Below are positions 37,445 through 47,038 of a DNA stretch of 47,038 nt, in pieces. The stretch lies in NCBI GenBank assembly GCA_002269645.1, contig NIVC01004399.1, positions 1-47,038 on the forward strand. The letters are read 5' to 3'. Numbering within the stretch: the first letter of the stretch is position 1; each line of letters opens with the position of its first letter. The translations under genes and the position numbers were made by a program. The stretch comes from Macrostomum lignano. Taxonomy: Eukaryota. The notes under the pieces are model-generated. The model had not been told where the DNA came from, searched no databases, and saw only the letters and a program-made list of their open reading frames with translations.

Positions 37445-38971
37445 GGAATATGTCAGAGAAAAAATCTATGTAATAATTTTGCTCTGTTTTGCGGTCTGCA
37501 ATTGATTTTCTCGAGAACGACCTCGCCAATCCTATCCTATGAGTTGTCTATATGTCAGTTGTCAGTGCACTTGCTGCTGCTGGTATGTATTTTTAATTAC
37601 AAAACAATTCATAATCTGATTTGATTAACATTTAATCAAATGCTCATTTTAGAAAAAGCTTAACTTGTTGGAAGTCGAAAAAATAAATACCCCATTCTAC
37701 CCCAAATCAGTTGACTAATACGTGTACCCCATGGGGTACTAATTGGGGTAAAAAACCGTGTATCAGCCAGCGTGCATACAATACGTATTGCTGCACGCTA
37801 GCTGATGTCTATGGTATGACAATGTGAGAGAAGCACGGCTTGCTTATGCAGTAACGCCATAGACTCGTGCGCTACTACTACCACGAGTGTGCGTAGCACA
37901 CTGAGTGTCCACGGCGTTGCTGGACGAGCAAGCCGCATGCGCTATCTCCCGATTGAGTTGACACATCTAGTGCTTTTAGGATCCGTGGTCAAGCCTCAAG
38001 TTTTGAAAGAAAGCTATAGAAATAGTCACCAAGTTTAAACTACCCAAATAAAAAGTCACTGACTACTATTGAGTAGCAAGCGTTTGAATATACTCCGATT
38101 TTCATTTTACTGGTAAGACAGCATAGCTGTGGACTGACAATCTCTAAATCGAATTAATTTTTTTAGCTGAGCATATAATCTGTGGCTTGCTCTCTCGAGT
38201 AAACTTAAACGCTTGGCCATAGAATTCTATAGGCCGTTCCGTTTTGCATGCCCACTGTTCCACATGGCGCGAAAAAAGCAATACCAACAGTCGCTAGACA
38301 AGATCAATTTGGTCAAAACAAAATTGCCGAGTGAACCGCGGTGGCTGATGCAGCATTTACTCTCAGCAAGCTGCCAATCGAAATGCACGAGCATACAGAG
38401 CAGAGATGAAAAGAATACGTTTCGAAAAAAATCACGCAATTAAAAACCTTGTTATTGAGGTAAAGACAACAATAAAATTTGAGGTAAGAGAGCATCGCAT
38501 CGAAGTACGCGTCATCAAAGAGCTGTTTTGTATTGTACAGACATCGAACATAATAGAGTATAAATATTCATAGCGCTAAACCGCTTAACAGTTCGAAGGA
38601 ATGGTGAGGTTAAACTAAAAGTACTGCTAACAGACCTTTGCACATTAATTTGAGGTTTAGGATGATCTGTTTTAGTTTTATGACAGACTATTGATGGCAG
38701 AAGAGTAAGGCATGCATATGCTGCTTGCTCATAAGAGGTAGCTCGTAGTAGAACTGCCTCACTGTCCCGCGGTCTGTGAGGTGATGCCACCAATGCTCTG
38801 CGATGCATATGAGACGCGAATGAAAAAGCTACGCTGCTTTCAATAAAAGTACACATTACGTCATACAATCTACGATAAAGGCAAAACGGAAGCTCGAGCT
38901 AATTTTAAGCTGCCGCTAACTTTTGGTCTACACTGAATTGTAAGACCGAATTTCAATTAGCAGTGCCGAAA

Positions 38972-39173
38972 TCAGACGTAGGAGACTCCCCTGGGCGGGT
39001 ACACCATCGGTTCTTCCTCTCTGACACCCTCCAACTGCCGGCCGCTTCCTGGCGCTGTCGCTGCCGACCCTGCTGATGCCGGCGTTGCGGTTGCCGGTGG
39101 CATCGGTGACGGGCAGGAGTTCGGCTGGTAAAAGTACAAATCGCTGAACTGGCTAAAGCGGACCGTGCCGCCG

Positions 39174-39210
<37 letters not shown>

Positions 39211-42200
39211 TGCTGCTGGCGCTGGCGTAGCCGCTGCCGGCGTCAGCTGAGGACACAGACCCGGGGGGAGAGGCGGTTGTACTTGATGCTACTGCCGATA
39301 GAATCAGCTGTTGTTGTGTCGGTTGCTGCTGCTGCTGTTGTCTTTGGTGCTTCTGAGCATGCAGCTGCGGTCCACTAAGGCTTGCTAAACCAGTTGAATT
39401 ACACCTGAAAGTTTTGATGTTCACTCTTGAACCTTTTTGGCGGAGGACGGAAAAGAGGACAATAAATCAGTTCATTGATTTACATGATCTACATGACCTG
39501 AAGCTGCAGTTGCACTGTTTGGCTCTTTTTGCGTCCCAATCTGAACTTCTATTTATTCTGAGCTGTCACTCTACCACAGCAGTCTTTGCTTGATCTGCCC
39601 CTTGCATATACAGGGAGTGACTAAATGGGCGATGCAAATCTATTGAATGGGAAAGTAATGTGTTGCTATGGTAAAGCTGGGGCAATGAATTAAGACGTAT
39701 ATCGTACCATGTGAGCTTAAATGAAATCTTCAGGGATTTGACTGGGAGCTGTGAATCGATTTGGTTCAAAGCAGGATTATTCGTTCGTACCGGGCAAGAA
39801 GCTGCTGATTCTGTTGCGAGGAGGCGCGCTGAGGCGGCAACGGTGGCGGCGGCGGCGGCGGCAGCGGCGGTGAGGGCAGCAGGTAGCAGCCGCCAGTTAG
39901 GTCGCTCATTTCCTCCTCATCTGTCAGCTGAGGTGGTGGCGGCGGAGGAACTGGGGAAGCGGCCGCAACAAGCGCTGGATGCCGTTGTCCGCAGTCCGCA
40001 TCGTCGATTTCGTCGATGTCAGCCTTGTCTACGTCGTTACAGACGATTTCGTCTGTTTGAGGCAACTGAAATTGCTGCTGCTGCTGCTGTTGCTGCGGCT
40101 GCTGATTCAGCCGCTGTCGCTGACGATGCCGACGCTTTCCGCGCAGGCGGACAACCACGATGAAGGCAATGCAGGTTGCCAGGAGCAGGGCGCCTACGAC
40201 TGCCGCGGTGACGGAGATCAGGATGATGTCTTCCTCTATGGAGATAAAACATTTGAGAAAAATTAATCAACAGCTGATTTTTTATGCTTTTCAAACTAGC
40301 CCAGGATAAATGGGAAGAGAAAGCGAGAGCTTTGAGTTCGGAATCAGAGTAAAAGGGAGACGAAGAGAAAAAGCCGAATAGCCAAGGCGGCAGAGACCAG
40401 AGACACAGAGAGAATTTCGAATAGAGAACCACCGAGCAATGAACCGTCGGTCACCCAGAGCGGGCCCTGGACTGCATACGCTCAGCTCCCATTAGTAGCC
40501 ATCAGGCCCTCGTGGCTCCCTGCCCGATGCCGAGCTGGGAGGCGATTAGTCACTCGCCGGTCGGGATTAGCCGGCAGTGGCATTAAAAATTTACTTCAAA
40601 GCGGACCGGAGGGAGACAAATTAAAGTGAAAAGGAGAACCCGGGAGGGGGCAGGTAGATGCCTAGAACACCACTTTTAGCAACCCGGGCTCTTCCCTGTT
40701 CCCGTCCCGATCCTAGGGAGTAGTTGGGAGGAGAAACAGGAGAATTTCTTACGTTCGTATCTCTCCCCACTCTGCTCCCCTTGAGCAGCGAGGTCGATGG
40801 GGTCAGGTGGTGTTGCATTTTTAATTGAACACTACAGAATTACGATTCTCGAAAGGAAGAGGGTAAATGAAGATGAATAAGTGGAGTAAAGAGGTCCCTT
40901 GTCTAAAGTGTTCTGCTAGCACTGACGATTAAGTGCTACCTCATAATCTCTGACATGCATTTTCAGAGTTCTTCAGGTTTTACCTTAGGTAGGCTGCCCA
41001 CTGTAACTAAAGTGTAAGCTGTCAACTGTCGGCTGGAAAAAATAAAGATTTAACTTTTTTAATTGAATCACTACACAAATCACGTTGGTTATTGTCCTCC
41101 TGATCACCAAATTATTGTGATCGTGATTTTCGATAAAGGGAAAATTACGTGTTACCTGTCAACTGGGCTATATTTTCCTCACGTTTCCTCAATTGCTCTT
41201 CGGAAAATACTGCTTTGTGTGTTATAGACACTTTCCCCAGTAACCTGCGCTAAGTTTTACAATCAAGCTTAGCCTTAAAGCACTGGAGAACTGCGTGAGG
41301 CACAGTGAGTTACCAGTGCAAAGGGACGAGAGCAGTTGTGACGGAGTAAGTTGAGTTTTACAAGAGTGAAATGAAAAGACAAGGAATAGAAAGTCATTTG
41401 CGTAGGGGACTTCCAGAGCGATAAACTCTGGATGGAGAGCCCTGCCTTCAAGGGCTCACTGAGTTGTGAAATGCGATTCCTCACGGTTCAATCTCAAACT
41501 CCCTTTCCATCTTGTCCGTTTCTTTTTCTAGCGGTTTCCTTGAAACCGGGGACAATTCCATCTTGTCCGTTTCTCTTTCTAGCGGTTTCCTTGAAACCGG
41601 GGACAATTCCATCTTGTCCGTTTCTCTTTCTAGCGGTTTCCTTGAAACCGGGAACAATTCCATCTTGTCCGTTTCTCTTTCTAGCGGTTTCCTTGAAACC
41701 GGGGACAATTCCATCTTGTCCGTTTCTTTTTCTAGCGGTTTCCTTGAAACCGGGAACAATTCCATCTTGTCCGTTTCTCTTTCTAGCGGTTTCCTTGAAA
41801 CCGGGAACAATTCCATCTTGTCCGTTTCTCTTTCTAGCGGTTTCCTTGAAACCGGGGACAATTCCAACTTGTCCGTTTCTCTTTCTAGCGGTTTCCTTGA
41901 AACCGGGAACAATTCCATCTTGTCCGTTTCTTTTTCTAACGATTTCCTTGAAACCGGGAACAATTCGGCGCAAATTGGGATGTCTGGGAGTTGGATTCGG
42001 TCTAGATGGACTTGACCGCAAAGTCCAACTCAGATTCCTCTGAGTTGCAAAACTTTATTAGAATTGTGGAAATTCTGAGATTTCGATCGATATTTTCAAC
42101 AGTTTTCCCGCTCTGACCAGTATTTCTTCTTACAGTAGAGGTCTCAAAGCTGGAAATTGTTCGCGGTAGTTGGCGTGGCAGCTCTGCTAATCGAATCCTC

Positions 42201-45200
42201 AATTCAAGCGGACTTTCCCTATCGATAAAATATCCCCTTGGCGCCCTGGGACGGCTGGGGAGCTGCAGATTGCTCGTAATCGAAGCTGCACAGAAATTTT
42301 CTCTTGGACTCCCTGGCGTTGAAGGGGGACGCGAGTTCTCGGGGCGCCCGCAGTCAAACTGTCACCGAGATGCAAAGCAAGTCAAGAGTAGAGGCTGATG
42401 AGGAGTAACAGAGAGGCGTAATAAAATTCTATTGATCGTCAATGCTGAGGATGAGGTGCTCCGTTTTGCTGTCTAGAAGGCAATGAGTGCGAATAGTGGA
42501 ATCCAAAAGCCGGGAAAGAGTAGACTTTGTATCGGTTCCAGGTTAAATTCATAAATTCATTCAGTCTTTCTTCGACTAATTATTTGACACCAGGAAAACA
42601 GCCAGTGGTAAGCAGTCTGAACTGCTCACTGAGGAACGAAAATCTCTTGGACTCGACGATCCGATACGGAAATCCATGGTAACTACTTTAACAGTCCAAA
42701 GGGCCAAATCTTCATCCCTATTAAGAGGGAAAGCTTGACGGTCCCTTCTTACATCCCGAAATAAGCATTCCCAAGAGTTTTGCGGGAGGTTAGTTGGAGA
42801 ACGTAATCCCTAGGTCCGTCAGTAGCAAAAACGGGAGAGTGCATGACATCCTCGATTCGGAATTGGTCGTGACACTTCAATCTATGACTGGGCGCTTGTC
42901 CTTTTCCTCTGCCTGCCCCATGTCATTTTCCCTGACTCCGAGGCTGTAACAAGCCCAGCGGAAGCCACTAAAGTGCTCGCGACAAAGGCCAGAAGGACGG
43001 CTTCTTGTGTCATTTCCGCGATCGCAGAATTAGATTCTACAACAGTTGGTCCGTGACAGGAAAATCTTAAACAAATTTTATTCGACTTGAAGCAATACAG
43101 TGATCGTGGGACTGGCCCGTGGGAATAACATTGCGATCGACAAAATTCCGAATTCTCGAATATAGTTTCAACAAAGCATTTGTCGCACAGATTCCATTGT
43201 CTACCCGGATATTTCAGATACTAAGCGCTAGGAGTTTGAAGTCTGTGAAAAAATAGGATGGAAAAAATTGGCGATCATCTCGAAAACCCGAAGGCCTAGC
43301 AAATGCTACGTTTGTTCCCTTTAGAAAAATTTGCCTAGATTGAATGAATTGAGCCAGGAAACTTAAGATATCTACTGTTGACCATTGGAAACACTGTCCA
43401 CATCGCCGAATGTCCTTTAAACTTTATTATTCATACATAGGGCAGTTTGGTCTGGTCACAGACAATTGTAATATACGAACTTTTTTTTTAATGTCAAACG
43501 TCAAATATTAAAATGTGAAAATTATGATATTTTGTAAGATGTCAACTGCTATCACACAGCATGTGGGAGTTAGAAAGTGAGAAAGCTCTAGCAAAATAAA
43601 CTACTTCCTACTTGTATCATCCTACATGGTACATGGTATCCTACATCCTACATGCATCCAACTTGTTTCCAAACCAAAGCCTATCTATAAGCGGACACTC
43701 ACTCTCGTTGCCAGCATTGGGTCCTTGTTCCTTTCCGCGTCGCAGCTGAGACTCTTGCCCAGCTTCAGCCTCGTCGCCTGCCGCAGCTGCAGCCGCCGCA
43801 GCTGCTGACAGCTGCTGACGACCTCCACCCTGGTCGTTTTGTGCAACATCGGCGCCACCATTTTTGGGCGAAAAAGTATCTTTAGCTGTCACTGAACCTT
43901 GGTTCTGGTTCTGACTGACCTTATTTGACCTTTGTTGCACAGTGCTCACTGTTTGCGGACTGTTGGCGTAGTAATGCAGCGGAACTGAAAATGCACAAGC
44001 TTAGTATTTTAAGTAAATGCGAATAGGTCCCGCATACACATGATGCTCATGGATGCTAGCGCGATCAAAAAGTCACTATGCATATACAATTACGTAATTA
44101 AGGCTTAAAAAACACAGCTCATTTTCACAAGACATTCAGGTCACCGATCCTCACCGCAAGCAAAAATAACTAGCAGATGATGCGGCGCGCAGCTGTGCCC
44201 GCTGCTGTGCGGCCCGGGCTCCAGCTCGCAGCTTGCCGCAGCTCCGGCCTCACCAGGCGGGTTGCAGCGCCGCCGCACAGCGTCCGTGACGTTGGCCTCG
44301 CGACAGGCCTGGCGCCCGTCTCGACGCGACTTCACCGTGTCTTCGCAGACTGCGCCGCCTTGCGGGAACTGGAAGCGACTGGTCTGCCTGGCGTACACGA
44401 CTTCCAGACGGCGCACCCCGGCCGGGCCGCACTCCATCACCCGGCGGGTTCCGGCGCAGATCAGCAGGTACTGCAGCTCTGCGATGGGCAGGTTGAAGTG
44501 TCTTGCTTTTAGACAGGTGAATTTCTCAGTTAAGGACACTAACTAGAGACCTAACTTTTACAAAAGACTTCATTGTACCTTTTTATAGTCTCCAAGGGCT
44601 ATGATTTCGTCCTATAGGATTAACTTTTCGCTCAAATCAAACCTCTGCAGGATGCCGATAGCAGACTGTCGTCTCACATGAAAAAAACTAACCATGTAAG
44701 CAAGATTCACCAAAGAGCAAGCAGGACCCCAAAAAGCTAATAATTAACCAACTCAGACTCGTTTTCTGTAGTTTGTATATGTAAATTGATGTTGTTGCAA
44801 GACTGCAATGTATATAGCTTTTCCGGATAAAATTTAGCCTACTAAAATAGAGAGACAGTCCGGCGCACTTCTACGTCAATTTTTTAACGCCATCCATCAC
44901 ATCGACTGACGCAAAAGTTAGAAGCAAAAACCCTAACTCTAATGCACTTTTAACTTCCGCAGCCAAAAATTTGCAAATTTACAAACAGCATCCGTTTGCC
45001 CCACTGATCAACTGAGCAATTGCTCTTCAGTATGATAAGCAGCATTGGCTGGGATTGTTGATGAAGCGATGAACAGACACTGATGACGAGGATGAGTCAA
45101 GAGGCTTTGACGCGCAAGAGTGAGAGATCGTGCGGGCGGAGGGGAAGAGATGAAGAGCTCTTAACATGCTTCCAGCCTGTGCCCTGAGCTAACATTAAAG

Positions 45201-45639
45201 CCTTTGGCTGCCGCCTCACAATGATTCTGCAAGCTGATGAAGCACTGGATTAGCCAGCAAATGAAGCTGCAAACTTATTATAGGAATTAATGTGCTACTA
45301 AAGAATTAGGATGCCCACTTGCGTGACAGAAATGTTAAGAGAGCAAACTGAGCTTTGAGGAAAGGAGGGTTATTGACTGGGTATAGCTGATTGATGATTC
45401 AAAATTGAAGTCAATTGGCTATGCTACCCACATGACTGCATCAGTGCAAGCTGCTAGCACTCACTGGGTCGGCAGAAGTATGCTGCAGACAGCGCCAGAT
45501 TCTGCGGCACCTGACAAGAGCTGCCTGTCGCGCTTGAATTCCTGTCCTGGATGTACAACCGCGGGTCGGAGTCCACGGTGCAGTTGAACTGCCTCTGGCT
45601 GGCTTCGACTGTCGCTGATGAGCATCGAGATTGCAGGAC
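38972..45639 (-). CDS. EVA-1-like type I membrane protein with SUEL (galactose/rhamnose-binding) lectin domains, 5' part not found. Exons 45639-45465, 44505-44155, 43984-43703, 40235-39791, 39404-38972
   Basis: Five exons join in phase (1/1/1/2), giving 562 codons. They encode half of one SUEL-like domain, a full 8-Cys SUEL-like domain, a low-complexity stalk, the TM IILISVTAAVVGALLLATCIAFIVVV followed by RLRGKRR, a Q/P/G-rich tail and C-terminal SYV. The family assignment rests on the Cys pattern and architecture only. Confidence 0.75.
41505..41965. repeat. 51-bp tandem repeat, 9 copies, intronic
   Basis: Unit ttccatcttgtccgtttctctttctagcggtttccttgaaaccggggacaa. The period is 17 codons, which leaves several frames open. 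Confidence 0.96.
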
Positions 45640-45669
45640 CTGAGAATCACGGTTGGGGCTCGGACAATG

Positions 45670-45733
45670 AGACAGACAGACAGAGAGACAGACAGACAAC
45701 AGACAGACAGACAACAGACAGACAGGCAGACAG

Positions 45734-45819
<86 letters not shown>

Positions 45820-45979
45820 GGACAGACGGACAGACAGAAAGACAGACAGACAGACAGATAGACAGACATTAAGACAGACACTAAGACAAACAGACAGACA
45901 CTGGGACAGACAGACAGACAGACACTAAGACACTAAGACAGACAGGCAGACAGGCAGACAGACAGACAGACAGACAGAT
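45670..45979. repeat. (GACA)n compound microsatellite with gacactaa interruptions
   Basis: Read directly. It abuts the acceptor of the 45639 exon. Confidence 0.96.
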
Positions 45980-47038
45980 ACCCTCACGAAAAATGTTAGT
46001 TATTTTTTGCAATATTGTTGCTATATTTTTTCAATTATGCATATTTATACGATATTTATATTTATGAATTATAGTCAACATATTTCCGTGTTTTTACGAT
46101 TGTAAAAATAAGTGCAAAGATTTGCAAGTCAAAATATGAATACATAGATGAAGAGAGTTCTGTGCAATGCAGTCATCCGAAAGGATTTTCGGGCTCAGCT
46201 GGGTCTAGAATTCATCCCTACTGATTGCTCTGTTGATCCCAGTTTCTCCAGCATAGTAAGGACACTCCTAAATCATGGCCACGCCGGGCCCAGCACCCAT
46301 AATCAACACACTGACGATCCGCGTGAGCTGCATCTCGAGCTCAGTTCGTCAGCGCGCACCCACCGGTTGTCAGAGCGGGTTTGTCTTGGCCGACCAGTGC
46401 CATTAGTTATGCGGCTTCAACTGCGGCAGATGGGATGGGGAGGGGGAAATGATAGGCCAAATCGAAGGTCCAAAGGAAATCCTGACAGCGGAGCCTGTCA
46501 GAACAAATGAGGATTTCTGTATGGTGCACTTCTAGAGAGTTTCTCCAGGCGACTCACTGAAAGATTGGCAATTCTATCGCAGGTGCGATGCGTGAAAGTT
46601 AATAAAGTGGCCGGCTGACGGAACCTGTTCCCGCCTCCATCAGGACGGATGCCGAATCCCCGGGATTTCGGCAGCTGATTTTTCCTCCCACCAGGAAATG
46701 ATTGTTTGCATTTGGACCAGCGACCTCCCTTGCAAAGAGAGGGCGAGCAAGAAAGAGAGAAAACAGAGACGAAGGCAGCCCATGGGCCAGGGGCCAAGGG
46801 AAAGAGCAACACCAGACTCTGGCGCTGCTGCTGGAGAGGCTGCAGAACTGAAGGCTTTTGTATGGTCTGCGTGTCCCTCCGCATCCCTCGCCGGGCCCCT
46901 CTGGGCCGTGAAAACCGACTACGTTTTATATGCGCCGCCGCTGTTTCGTAATATTTGCATTGCAAGACTGACTGTGCCAGCGCAGCTTATTGACCCGCCT
47001 TCCCAAATACTCTTCTCGATAGCTGAAAGTCCGCTCCG

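Noticed and set aside
39566-39625. Extra micro-exon in the EVA-1-like gene
   Set aside because: The flanking exons already join in phase 2, and the candidate would shift the frame.
41432-42043. 160-203 aa ORFs from the 51-bp repeat, and a CRISPR interpretation
   Set aside because: The period is a multiple of 3, which leaves frames open. There are no spacers, and it lies in an intron.
46498-46965. 155-aa ORF as the N-terminus of the lectin receptor
   Set aside because: No signal peptide or SUEL Cys pattern, and no supported in-phase link to the 45639 exon.

Overview
This is eukaryotic (metazoan) genomic DNA, not prokaryotic: it has spliceosomal introns, microsatellites and nested transposons. 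The repeat style and gene content suggest a free-living flatworm such as Macrostomum, but that is inference only. I reconstructed five intron-containing genes by hand, with consistent splice phases: (1) an NPY/NPF-type class A GPCR (minus, 4 coding exons, 478 aa) with an unusually long third extracellular loop; (2) a single-domain WCPPC nucleoredoxin/tryparedoxin-like protein (plus, 143 aa); (3) a secreted bacterial-type sphingomyelinase C-like EEP phosphodiesterase (minus, 398 aa); (4) a GT31 beta-1,3-galactosyltransferase-like protein (plus, 399 aa) that needs a GC-AG intron; (5) a 5'-incomplete EVA-1-like type I membrane protein with SUEL lectin domains and a C-terminal PDZ-binding motif (minus). 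Between them are a decayed Helitron PIF1 helicase, a decayed LINE reverse transcriptase, a hAT element inserted into a 79-bp satellite with a MULE-like MITE nested inside it, a TA-flanked MITE family in two sizes, tRNA-derived SINE heads and several tandem arrays. Most long ORFs in the supplied track are repeat artefacts. I found no CRISPR array, rRNA or intact tRNA. I did not find a clearly new multi-gene system; the best leads are the sphingomyelinase, the EVA-1-like receptor, the GPCR and the motif-rich array between two divergent genes.
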